Assembly: GCF_030684215.1 (NCBI RefSeq)
Contig: NZ_JAUXOV010000073.1
Coordinates: forward strand, 94,396-158,395
DNA from: Pseudotabrizicola sp.
Lineage (GTDB): Bacteria > Pseudomonadota > Alphaproteobacteria > Rhodobacterales > Rhodobacteraceae
Length of the DNA: 64,000 nt
Reading direction: 5' to 3'
Below are positions 29,949-40,124 of the stretch, piece after piece; positions within the stretch are counted from its first letter, which is position 1; each line of letters begins with the position of its first letter. Under the pieces are notes generated by a model. The model saw only the letters and a list, made by a program, of their open reading frames with translations. It was not told the origin of the DNA and searched no databases. Both the position numbers and the translations under genes were made by a program.

Positions 29949-30649
29949 GCCGGGGCCACCACGCTGAGGTAATAGCCATAATCGCCGCCATGGGCGCGCC
30001 ACAGCTCGATCTCGGCCTGAGTTTCATTCAGCACTTGTGCCATCTCGGCATCTGCGTCATGGCGCAATGCCGCCACACGGTCCGACAGCGGGCCGTAATA
30101 TGCCTCCCATGCCGCTGCGCCCAACCAGCGCGCGCCAAGGATACGGTAGCCTGCGCCTTCGATCCGCGCGATATGGCCGGGAAGGTCCATCATGCCGGGA
30201 TAGTCCTGCTGCCAGAACGCACGTGCCGCCGGGGCCGGACGCGGCGTGCGCCACAGGCAATCGGAGAACGCCACAACACCACCGGGGTCGACATGATCAC
30301 GCCAGGCAGTCAGTGCTGCCGACACGCCGGGACCATAGGCAGCCCCCGCCGACCAAATCAGGTCATAGACCCCGTCCGGCGCCAGCATATCGCCAACCCC
30401 GGCTGTGACATCGGGCTGTTCCCGACGGATACGCTCGATAAACGGGGCGTGCAGGTCCAGCCCCTCCAGCCGCGCCGCCGGGCGTTTGGCGCGCAACAGC
30501 GCCAGATCTGCCCCCGGCCCGCAGCCCGCATCAAGGATCCGCGCCCGTGCAGGGGTTTTCGCCAGATCCAGCGCCCAGGCCAGCGAGTCTGCGTCACCGG
30601 GCGCTTCCCGGGGCAGACCCGAATGCAGAGCGAAAAACGCAGCCTTCAT
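29945..30649 (-). CDS. Class I SAM-dependent methyltransferase
   Basis: Start at MKAAFFALHSG (30649). Motif I ILDAGCGPGADL. ATGA overlaps at both ends (30646-30649 with cimA, 29945-29948 with the downstream gene). Confidence 0.8.
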   Translation of the reverse strand: MKAAFFALHSGLPREAPGDADSLAWALDLAKTPARARILDAGCGPGADLALLRAKRPAARLEGLDLHAPFIERIRREQPDVTAGVGDMLAPDGVYDLIWSAGAAYGPGVSAALTAWRDHVDPGGVVAFSDCLWRTPRPAPAARAFWQQDYPGMMDLPGHIARIEGAGYRILGARWLGAAAWEAYYGPLSDRVAALRHDADAEMAQVLNETQAEIELWRAHGGDYGYYLSVVAPA

Positions 30650-32292
30650 TCTGCCGCGTCCTGTGCGGGCTGGCCCAGATCGCGGATCAGTTTCCACTGG
30701 ATCGCATCCAGAAGCGCCTCAAACGATGCGTCGACTATATTGGGGCTGACCCCAACGGTTGACCAGCGCCGCCCCTGCTCATCCTCGGAATCGATGATCA
30801 CCCGCGTCACCGCTTCAGTACCGCCTTGGGTGATACGCACCTTGAAATCGACCAGCTTCATTGTGTCAATGCAGTGCTGATACGGTCCCAGATCTTTCGC
30901 AAGCGCCTTTGCAAGGGCGTTGACCGGGCCGCGATCGGTGCCGGTCTCATCCATCGACTCGCTGACCGACAGCATCTTGCGCCCACCGATCTTGACCACC
31001 ACCACCGCCTCGGACAGGCTGATCATGCGGTCATATTTGTTTTTTCGGCGCTCCACCGTCACCCGGTAGCGCTTGACCTCGAAAAACGTGGGGCACTGGC
31101 TTAACTCGCGCCGCGCCAGAAGCTCAAAGCTGGCTTGCGCCCCGTCATAGGCATAGCCCTGATCCTCGCGCTCTTTCACCACCTCCAGAATACGCCCCAG
31201 TGCCGCGTTCTTTGGGTCCACCACCAGCCCCGCCTGCGCCAGACGGGCGCGCAGGTTCGACTGGCCCGCCTGATTGCTCATCGGGATGATCCGGTCGTTG
31301 CCTACCACGACGGGCGGCACATGCTCATAGGTGGTGGGGTCCTTCAGGATGGCACTCGCATGCAGCCCTGCCTTATGGGCAAAGGCAGATGCCCCCACAT
31401 AGGGCGCGGCCCGCAGCGGCACCCGGTTCAGGATATCATCCAGCATCCGGCTGGTTTTAAGCAAATCCCCCAGCGCCTTTTGGCTCACCCCGGTTTCAAA
31501 CCGGCTGGCATAGGGCTCTTTGAGCAGCAAGGTCGGGATCAGCGTCACCAGATTGGCATTTCCGCAGCGCTCGCCCAACCCGTTCAGCGTGCCCTGCACC
31601 TGCCGCACGCCCGCATCAATCGCAGCCAGAGAGCAGGCCACCGCATTGCCGGTGTCGTCATGGCAATGAATGCCCAAGCGATCCCCCGGAATGCCGCTTG
31701 CGATCACCTCAGCCACCACCCGCCCCACCTCGGCAGGCAGCGTGCCGCCATTGGTGTCACACAGCACCAGCCAGCGCGCGCCCGCCTCATGCGCCGCGCG
31801 CAGGCATGCCAGCGCATAGGCCGGATTGGCGCGGTAGCCGTCAAAGAAATGCTCGGCGTCAAACAGCGCCTCGCGCCCGCGGGCGCACAGGTGCGCCACA
31901 CTGGCCCTGATCGCCTCAAGGTTTTCGTCGAGCGTGCAACCCAATGCGGTTCTCACATGAAACTCATGGGTTTTACCGACCAGACACACCGCCCGCGTGC
32001 CCGCATCCAGAACCATCGCCAGCACATCATCATTCTCGGCCGAGCGCCCGACCCGCTTGGTCATGCCAAACGCCGTCATCACCGCCCGCATCGGCGGCGC
32101 CGCGTTGAAAAACTCTGAATCCGTCGGATTGGCCCCCGGCCAGCCGCCCTCGACATAGTCCACACCAAGCGCGTCCAAAGCCTGCGCGATCAACACCTTC
32201 TCCGCGACCGAGAACTGCACCCCTTGGGTCTGCTGCCCATCGCGCAAGGTGGTGTCATAAAGATACAACCGCTCACGCATCCCCGGCTCCAT
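30646..32292 (-). CDS. cimA: Citramalate synthase / 2-isopropylmalate synthase family (LeuA type 2)
   Basis: LYDTTLRDGQQTQGV, HCHDDTGNAVA, C-terminal LeuA-dimer regulatory domain. About 545 aa fits CimA-type enzymes. Start ATG 32292 or 32280. Confidence 0.85.
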   Translation of the reverse strand: MEPGMRERLYLYDTTLRDGQQTQGVQFSVAEKVLIAQALDALGVDYVEGGWPGANPTDSEFFNAAPPMRAVMTAFGMTKRVGRSAENDDVLAMVLDAGTRAVCLVGKTHEFHVRTALGCTLDENLEAIRASVAHLCARGREALFDAEHFFDGYRANPAYALACLRAAHEAGARWLVLCDTNGGTLPAEVGRVVAEVIASGIPGDRLGIHCHDDTGNAVACSLAAIDAGVRQVQGTLNGLGERCGNANLVTLIPTLLLKEPYASRFETGVSQKALGDLLKTSRMLDDILNRVPLRAAPYVGASAFAHKAGLHASAILKDPTTYEHVPPVVVGNDRIIPMSNQAGQSNLRARLAQAGLVVDPKNAALGRILEVVKEREDQGYAYDGAQASFELLARRELSQCPTFFEVKRYRVTVERRKNKYDRMISLSEAVVVVKIGGRKMLSVSESMDETGTDRGPVNALAKALAKDLGPYQHCIDTMKLVDFKVRITQGGTEAVTRVIIDSEDEQGRRWSTVGVSPNIVDASFEALLDAIQWKLIRDLGQPAQDAAE

Positions 32293-32342
32293 TTTCTGTT
32301 TTCAAATATCCTCGGGGGGCGCGGGGGGCAGAAAGCCCCCCG
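32291..32342 (-). repeat. Intergenic repeat, subtype 2: GC hairpin (GGGGGGC-AGAAA-GCCCCCC) plus box GAGGATATTTGAAAACAGAAAATG
   Basis: 27 nt (CATTTTCTGTTTTCAAATATCCTCGGG on the + strand, 32290-32316) identical to 59350-59376. The box ATG is the first ATG of the cimA ORF. Confidence 0.85.
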
Positions 32343-32358
32343 TCTCCTGCCAGTGACG

Positions 32359-33789
<1,431 letters not shown>

Positions 33790-34034
33790 ATCCGGTCCCT
33801 TCAGGCGAAACGGCATCCCGGCGCGGGGTCTAGCAATTTCCGTAAGCTTTGGAAATGTGGACAAGCACCCGCGCGACCAAAGGTCAGCAGGTAATGCAGC
33901 AGCAAATGATGCCTTGCGTTGTCATGCGATATCTTTAGCGCGCCCCCCGCCCCGCGCCAAGCCCCAATTGCATCCCCGTTTGCAGACTCGACCAAAGCTG
34001 ACATGATGCGCCAACCCATACCGGAGTCTTTCCC

Positions 34035-34886
34035 ATGCTGCGCGCCCTGCTTGCCCTGTTTCTGCTCTGGCCGCTCAGCCTGACTGCGCAAACCCTGCCC
34101 GAGCCGCTGTCCGACACCATCAGCGATTACGCCACCATATTGCCCCCCGAGGTCGCGGCCCGCGTGACCCAGACCCTGACCAAAGGCCGGACCGATACAG
34201 GGGTTCATGTCGTGCTGGTGACGATGGAGCGGATTGCCGACTATGGCGGCGCAGGTCAGCGTATCGAGGATTACGCCAAGAAGTTGTTAAACCAATGGGG
34301 CGTGGGGGATGCCGCGCGCGACGATGGCATCCTTATCCTTGTCGCCCGAACCGACCGCGAAATGCGCATCGCTTTGGGCGCGGGCTATGAGGTGATGTGG
34401 GACAACGCCGCACAGCGCGTGATCGACCGACACTTCCTGCCCGCCTTTCGCGCCGATGATTACGCGGGTGGCATCGAGGCAGGCGTCGCCGCCACATTCG
34501 ATCTGATCGCGACGCCGTTTGTTGCCGGAAATCCACCCCCACCCGATCCCCAAAAGACATGGGAAGACATTCTGCCCCTTGCCGTCTTCGGCCTGTTCGC
34601 CACCGCCATCATCGGAATTTTCGCCCGCTCAGCCCTTGGTGATGCCTTGATGCGGTTCAAATCCTGCCCAAGCTGCGGTCAACGCGGCCTGTCCAGAACC
34701 CGCGACATCCTCAGCCGGGCCACACGGTCCAGCTCTGGCCATGGCATGATGCACACCCGCTGCTCATCTTGCGGCTGGGACAGGTCTGAACCTTATACCA
34801 TCGCGCAACAGTCCCGCAGCTCCGGCTCATCGAGTGGCTTTGGTGGCGGGTCGTCTTCGGGGGGCGGTGCGTCAGGGCGCTGGTAG
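34035..34886 (+). CDS. TPM-domain (YgcG-like) protein with TM helix, CxxC..CxxC insert and Gly/Ser-rich tail
   Basis: Signal peptide MLRALLALFLLWPLSLTAQ. TPM core GILILVARTDREMRIALGAGYE. TM LPLAVFGLFATAIIGIFA. CPSC..CSSC (34665-34772). Tail GSSSGFGGGSSSGGGASGRW. Confidence 0.75.
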   Translation: MLRALLALFLLWPLSLTAQTLPEPLSDTISDYATILPPEVAARVTQTLTKGRTDTGVHVVLVTMERIADYGGAGQRIEDYAKKLLNQWGVGDAARDDGILILVARTDREMRIALGAGYEVMWDNAAQRVIDRHFLPAFRADDYAGGIEAGVAATFDLIATPFVAGNPPPPDPQKTWEDILPLAVFGLFATAIIGIFARSALGDALMRFKSCPSCGQRGLSRTRDILSRATRSSSGHGMMHTRCSSCGWDRSEPYTIAQQSRSSGSSSGFGGGSSSGGGASGRW

Positions 34887-34903
34887 GCGCCCTGATCCGA
34901 CCC

Positions 34904-36703
34904 TCAGGCGCGTTCTTCCAGTGCCAGCCATTCGGCCTCGGCGGCCTGCAATGCGATCTGGCGTTCGGTCAACGCCTCGGTACCCTTCTTGAACTTCACC
35001 GGGTCCTTGGAATAAAGATCGGGCACCGCAAGGAATTCCTCCAGCTTCACGATCTCGGCCTCCAGCCGCGCGATGATGGGGGGCAGATCATCCAGCCGCT
35101 TGCGCTCGGTGAATGACAGTCCGGTGTTCTTTGACGGCTTTGGCTGATCCTTGACCGGGGCCGATTTGGCAGCCTTTGCGGCAGCCGCCAACGCCTCGGG
35201 CCGCTGAGACGCATAATCCGACCAGCCACCGGGATACGCGGTCGCTCGCCCGTTGCCCTCCATCGCCACCGTCGCTGTCGCAATCCGGTCGATGAAATCG
35301 CGGTCGTGGCTGACCAGCAGCACCGTGCCGTCATATTCGCCCAGCACGTCTTGCAACAGATCCAACGTTTCCACATCCAGATCGTTGGTCGGTTCGTCCA
35401 AAATCAACAAGTTCGATGGCCGCGCCATCAGCTTGGCCAGCAACAACCGCGCCTTCTCGCCACCCGACAAACTGCGCACGGGGGCACGCACCTGCCGCTC
35501 GTCAAACAGAAAATCCTTCAGATAGGCGACCACATGCTTCGGCGTGCCGCGCACCATCACCTGATCGGAAGCCCCCGACACCGCCATCAGAGGATCGCCC
35601 GTCAGGTTCTCCCACAGAGTGGCATCCGGGGCAAGTTGCGCGCGGGTCTGATCAAACACCGCGATCTCCAGATTGGTGCCAAGGATCACCGACCCCGCAT
35701 CCGGCGCCACCTCCCCGGTCAGCATCTTCAGCAACGTGGTCTTGCCCACCCCGTTCGGGCCAACAAAAGCCACCCGGTCGCCACGCAGCACCCGCAGATC
35801 AAAGCCTTCCAGAATGGTCTTGTCGCCAAACCACTTGCCTATGCCGCGGGCCTCGATCACCCGCTTGCCGCTGGTGGTGCCCGATTCCATCTCCAGCGCC
35901 GCCGTGCCCTGACGGCGGATTTGGCTCCCGCGCTCCTCGCGCAGCGCGGCAAGGGCCCGCACCCGGCCCTGGTTGCGCTTGCGCCGGGCTGAGATGCCCT
36001 CAACCGCCCATTTCGCCTCGGCCTTGATCTTGCGGTCAAGCTTGTGACGGGCGTCGTCTTCTTCGGCCCAGACGGTTTCGCGCCACTCCTCGAACCCGTC
36101 AAACCCGCTTTCGCGTCTACGCACCTCGCCCCGGTCAATCCACAGCGTCGCCTTGGTCAGCGCGCGCAAAAACGCCCGATCGTGCGAAATCAGCACAAAT
36201 CCGGTGCGGGTCGACAAAAGTTCCGCCTCCAGCCACTCAATCGCCTGAATGTCCAGATGGTTGGTCGGCTCGTCCAGCAGCATCAACTCCGGCGCCTCAG
36301 CCAACAGCTTGGCCAGTGCCGCGCGCCGCCGCTCGCCCCCCGAAGCGGTTGCAACCGGCGTCTCGGGGTTGAACTTCAACCCTTCGGCCACCATCACCAC
36401 CCGGTATTCCTCGCCCTCCGCCAGGGCACTTGCCGCAAAATCGCCAAGTGTCTCAAACCCGGACAGATCAGGGTCCTGTTCCATATAGCCGACGCTCACG
36501 CCGGGCGAGACAACCCTGATCCCGCGATCCACCTCAACCAACCCGGCCATCACCTTCATCAAGGTCGATTTGCCAGATCCATTGCGCCCGACCAGCGCCA
36601 CCCGGTCACCGGGCTGAACCACCAGCGACAGGTCGTCAAATACAGGGTTCCCGCCAAAGGTCAGCGAGATGTCGGAGAGTTGTAAAAGGGGTGCGCGTGC
36701 CAT
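34904..36703 (-). CDS. ABC-F family ATPase (Uup/EttA-type translation-associated ATPase)
   Basis: Two ABC cassettes (GRNGSGKST / GPNGVGKTT, LSGGERRR / LSGGEKAR), no TM domain, C-terminal coiled-coil. Confidence 0.9.
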   Translation of the reverse strand: MARAPLLQLSDISLTFGGNPVFDDLSLVVQPGDRVALVGRNGSGKSTLMKVMAGLVEVDRGIRVVSPGVSVGYMEQDPDLSGFETLGDFAASALAEGEEYRVVMVAEGLKFNPETPVATASGGERRRAALAKLLAEAPELMLLDEPTNHLDIQAIEWLEAELLSTRTGFVLISHDRAFLRALTKATLWIDRGEVRRRESGFDGFEEWRETVWAEEDDARHKLDRKIKAEAKWAVEGISARRKRNQGRVRALAALREERGSQIRRQGTAALEMESGTTSGKRVIEARGIGKWFGDKTILEGFDLRVLRGDRVAFVGPNGVGKTTLLKMLTGEVAPDAGSVILGTNLEIAVFDQTRAQLAPDATLWENLTGDPLMAVSGASDQVMVRGTPKHVVAYLKDFLFDERQVRAPVRSLSGGEKARLLLAKLMARPSNLLILDEPTNDLDVETLDLLQDVLGEYDGTVLLVSHDRDFIDRIATATVAMEGNGRATAYPGGWSDYASQRPEALAAAAKAAKSAPVKDQPKPSKNTGLSFTERKRLDDLPPIIARLEAEIVKLEEFLAVPDLYSKDPVKFKKGTEALTERQIALQAAEAEWLALEERA

Positions 36704-36782
36704 GCGCCGTCAGGTATGCGGGCGCAGCATCCGCGTCAAGCCACCACTTGCCGAAGGTGCCCGCCCTGAAAGGCCCTTTACC

Positions 36783-36835
36783 ATTTTCTGTTCCTAAATA
36801 TCCCACGGGGGTGCGGGGGTGTGAAACCCCCGCTT
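36783..36835 (-). repeat. Intergenic repeat, subtype 2 variant: hairpin GCGGGGG-TGTGAAA-CCCCCGC plus box GGGATATTTAGGAACAGAAAATG
   Basis: Same architecture and orientation as the 32291 and 59351 copies. The hairpin (36813-36833) ends directly 3' of the SseB-like stop codon (36834-36836). Lies about 75 nt upstream of the ABC-F start. Confidence 0.75.
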
Positions 36836-37622
36836 ACACCAGCCGAGGCGGGCGCTTCGGGTCCATACCGGGGGCCGAACCGGGGGCCGGCCTCTCCTCC
36901 ACCTCCGGCAGATCGAACCGCAATGCCACCCGCGCCATCGCCACCACCGCAGGATCGGCGGAATGCAGAAACGCCACGTCCAGCTCCCCGGCTTCAATCC
37001 CGGAAAACACCAAGGCTTCTGACGCCGCACGCGCTAATGCGGCTTCCGCCCCCGGTGCCACATCCAGATAGGCCAGCATATGCCCACGCCGCCCGCCACG
37101 ATAGGTCACCGCCGCGAGCAAGGCACCCGAGGCCAGACCCGCCGCCCGCGCCAGCTTTGCGTCGAGCCCGGAAATCAGCGCCTCTGGCACGGCGGGCGCG
37201 TGGAACTGCTCGGGCAGCGCCTGCACCTCCTCCGGGCCCTCGTCCAGCGTTTCAGCCAGCCAGTCCATCGCTTCCGGTGGCAAGAGCATCTCGGACGGGG
37301 CCACCCCAAGGTTCACCCCCAGCCCGATGCCCTGCCCTTTCAGCAAGCCCGCGATAACCCGGCCCGGCAAGGCGGCATAGGGTGCGATGCCTCCGGTAAA
37401 CCCGGCCAGCCGTTCTTCGCGGTCAAACACCAGCACAAAGCGGCCGTCTTCCAGATCAAACACCTTGGGGTCCAGCGTCTCGCCCTGCGCCTCGCGCTCC
37501 AGCAAAAGGAACATCTCGCCATCGGCCAGCCGCTCAAAGAACCGCAGGCGCAGCGCTTCGTTATCAGGGTTGGCATGCACGGCGGCATGGGCGGCATCCA
37601 GCAGGCTTACGATCTCGGTCAT
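36834..37622 (-). CDS. SseB-family protein
   Basis: 262 aa. N-terminal pattern LRLRFFERLADGEMFLLLE..FDLEDGRFVLVFDREERL..YAALPGRVIAGLL resembles the SseB N-terminal domain. By-eye recognition only. Confidence 0.5.
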   Translation of the reverse strand: MTEIVSLLDAAHAAVHANPDNEALRLRFFERLADGEMFLLLEREAQGETLDPKVFDLEDGRFVLVFDREERLAGFTGGIAPYAALPGRVIAGLLKGQGIGLGVNLGVAPSEMLLPPEAMDWLAETLDEGPEEVQALPEQFHAPAVPEALISGLDAKLARAAGLASGALLAAVTYRGGRRGHMLAYLDVAPGAEAALARAASEALVFSGIEAGELDVAFLHSADPAVVAMARVALRFDLPEVEERPAPGSAPGMDPKRPPRLV

Positions 37623-37623
37623 C

Positions 37624-38238
37624 TCAATTCTCCATCACCCCGGCCACCGCGCGTCGTAGCGTAGGCAGCAACTCGGCCGCAAACCATGGGTTGCGTTTCA
37701 GCCACCCGGTATTGCGCCATGACGGGTGGGGCAAGGGAAAGATGCCGTTTGCCGCATGCTTGCGCCAATCCGCCACTGTCGCGGTCACAGCGCGCGCGCC
37801 CAGATGCCAGCGCATTGCGGCGCCCCCGACCAACAACGTCAGGCGCACATTGGGCAAATCCGCCATCACCCGCGCCCGCCATGTCTGCGCACAAATCCCC
37901 GGCGGCGGCAGGTCAGCGCCGCGCGCATCATAGCCCGGAAAGCAAAACGCCATCGGCACAATCGCCACCAAGGTACGGTCATAGAACGCAAGGTGGTTCA
38001 ATCCGCACCAATCGCGCAACCGGTCCCCTGACGGATCGGTAAACGGCTGGCCCGAGGCATGAACCCGCGCGCCCGGTGCCTGCCCCGCAATCAACAGCCG
38101 CGCAGATGGTTGAAACCAAACCACCGGGCGCGGGGCGTGGGCAGTTACCGTCGCGGCAAACCGTGCCCTACACAGATGACACGCTGCAATCTCAGCCCCA
38201 AGGGTCAGCGGAACAGCACCAAAGCGCTTGGGCTCCAT
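37624..38238 (-). CDS. Uracil-DNA glycosylase superfamily protein
   Basis: LLIAGQAPG motif, ..FCFPG.., HPSWRN (HPS motif) are typical UDG-fold motifs. Overlaps the upstream ATPase gene by 34 nt. Confidence 0.7.
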   Translation of the reverse strand: MEPKRFGAVPLTLGAEIAACHLCRARFAATVTAHAPRPVVWFQPSARLLIAGQAPGARVHASGQPFTDPSGDRLRDWCGLNHLAFYDRTLVAIVPMAFCFPGYDARGADLPPPGICAQTWRARVMADLPNVRLTLLVGGAAMRWHLGARAVTATVADWRKHAANGIFPLPHPSWRNTGWLKRNPWFAAELLPTLRRAVAGVMEN

Positions 38239-39311
38239 GCCACATCCACCTTTGTGCCCACGTCCAGGATCGGGCGACCGGGCGTGTTGCGCATCGACAG
38301 CCGCACTTCGACATCAGTGCCACCCAGATAGACGTCGTAATAGGTCATGTCGCCGAAATAGATAACCTCGTCGATCACACCATCCACCGTGCGTTCAGTC
38401 GTGGTCTGGCCGGGATACATCAGCGTCAGCGTCTCGGGACGCAGGCCCACCATCGGCGCATCGCCCTGCCCGGCGGGGCATTGATCCATCTCCAGTATCG
38501 CGCGGCCCAGACCCTTGGCGTCAACCTCGATCTGGCCGCCCGTTTCAGAAATCACCACCGCAGGGATAAAGTTCATCGTCCCGATAAAATCTGCGACCTT
38601 CTTGGAATTGGGGCGGCGATACAGTGTTTCGGGGTCGGCAAGCTGCGCGATCTCGCCCTCAAACATCACTGCGATGCGGTCTGACATCACCAGCGCTTCT
38701 TCCTGATCATGCGTCACCAGCACAAAGGTGATGCCCACCTGCCGTTGCAGCTTGATCAGCTCTACCTGCATGTGTTCGCGCATTTTCTTGTCAAGCGCCG
38801 ACAACGGCTCGTCCAGCAACAAAACTTTGGGCTTCAGGATCAGCGCGCGTGCCAAGGCCACCCGCTGCCGCTGACCGCCCGACAGCGCATGCGCCGCACG
38901 CGCCCCATAGCCTTTCAGACCGACCATCTCCAACGCTTCTTCCACCGCTTTGGCCTTATCGGCCTTGCTGCGTGGATCACGCCGCAGGCCAAAGCCCACA
39001 TTCTCCCCCACGCTCATATGCGGGAAAATCGCGTAAGACTGGAACACCATATTGGTCGGCCGGTTGTTGGCAGGCACCTTGGCCATATCCTTGGCATCGA
39101 TCAGCACAGCGCCTTTGTCGATGCCCTCAAAGCCGGCAATAGTGCGCAAAAGCGTGGTCTTGCCACAGCCAGACGGCCCCAGCAGCGAGAAAAACTCACC
39201 CGCACGGATTGTGCCATTGATCCCGCGCAAGGCGTGGTAATCGCCATAGTATTTATGGACATCCCGGAATTCGATCATGGTTTGTCTTGGCATCGTGGGT
39301 TTGTCGCTCAC
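38205..39311 (-). CDS. ABC transporter ATP-binding protein, PotA/PotG (polyamine/amine) type
   Basis: GPSGCGKTTLLR, LSGGQRQRVALARAL, LLLDEPLSALD, C-terminal TOBE-like domain. Confidence 0.85.
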   Translation of the reverse strand: MSDKPTMPRQTMIEFRDVHKYYGDYHALRGINGTIRAGEFFSLLGPSGCGKTTLLRTIAGFEGIDKGAVLIDAKDMAKVPANNRPTNMVFQSYAIFPHMSVGENVGFGLRRDPRSKADKAKAVEEALEMVGLKGYGARAAHALSGGQRQRVALARALILKPKVLLLDEPLSALDKKMREHMQVELIKLQRQVGITFVLVTHDQEEALVMSDRIAVMFEGEIAQLADPETLYRRPNSKKVADFIGTMNFIPAVVISETGGQIEVDAKGLGRAILEMDQCPAGQGDAPMVGLRPETLTLMYPGQTTTERTVDGVIDEVIYFGDMTYYDVYLGGTDVEVRLSMRNTPGRPILDVGTKVDVAWSPSALVLFR

Positions 39312-40114
39312 AAGAAGCCTCCGGTATCTTTGCCGCCGGTTTTCGCGATGCCGCGACGGCGAAAGAACTCTGCGATGGAAAGAAGGGTGACAGACACCAG
39401 CACCAGAATGGTGCCAAGCGCCATCATGGCGGGAACTTTGGCCGGAAAGCGGAACTGGCCGTAGATATAGGACGACAACACGGTATCGGCCCCGGCGAGG
39501 AAATAGGCGATGATGAACTCGTCCAGACTGATGGTGAAACAGATCAGCAAAGAAGAGATGATACCGGGCGCCACCAGCGGCAGAATGATCAGCCGGAAGG
39601 TGGAAACCGGACCTTCGCCCAAATCATAGGCCGCTTCTTCCAGCGACTTATCAAGCGATTGAAAGGCCGAAGACAGGATCGCCACCGCAAAGGGCGTGGT
39701 GATCAGCACATGGCCCAGAATGACCGTGAAAATCGACAGCGGCACAGAAATGGCCAACAGCACAACCAGCAGTGACATCGCCACAATCATCTCGGGCAAG
39801 ACCAACGGCAGCATGATCAGCCCGACCAGCCCCCCCTTGCCCGGAAAGCTGTAGCGCGTGCTGGCCCGCGCGCCGAACACGCCCAGAACGGTGGCAATCA
39901 CGGCGGTAGAGCTGGAAATGATCATCGAGTTTCTCAGCGCCTGCCACAACTGGCGATCCGCCCACATGTCGGCAAACCAGTTGGTGGTGAAGCTTGACAG
40001 CGGGAAAGCAATGATCCGGCTGTCGTTGAACGCAAATATCGGCAACAGCACAATCGGCGCATACAGAAAGATCAGGTAGCCAATGGCATAGGCGCGCAAG
40101 CCCGGAGATTTCAT
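39308..40114 (-). CDS. ABC transporter permease (PotC/PotI-like)
   Basis: Start at MKSPGLRAYAIGYLIFLYAPIVLL. 6 TM helices. EAA loop LEEAAYDLGEGPVSTFRLIILP. Confidence 0.8.
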   Translation of the reverse strand: MKSPGLRAYAIGYLIFLYAPIVLLPIFAFNDSRIIAFPLSSFTTNWFADMWADRQLWQALRNSMIISSSTAVIATVLGVFGARASTRYSFPGKGGLVGLIMLPLVLPEMIVAMSLLVVLLAISVPLSIFTVILGHVLITTPFAVAILSSAFQSLDKSLEEAAYDLGEGPVSTFRLIILPLVAPGIISSLLICFTISLDEFIIAYFLAGADTVLSSYIYGQFRFPAKVPAMMALGTILVLVSVTLLSIAEFFRRRGIAKTGGKDTGGFL

Positions 40115-40124
40115 CACCACACCC

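Noticed and set aside
36704-36782. Leader-peptide attenuation of the ABC-F gene via the 24-codon uORF starting in the repeat box
   Set aside because: The ABC-F protein looks like a housekeeping Uup/EttA type, not an antibiotic-resistance ARE type. A plausible promoter (TTGACG-17-TACCTG) lies downstream of the uORF start, and there are no alternative terminator/antiterminator structures. Retained only as a remark within the repeat finding.
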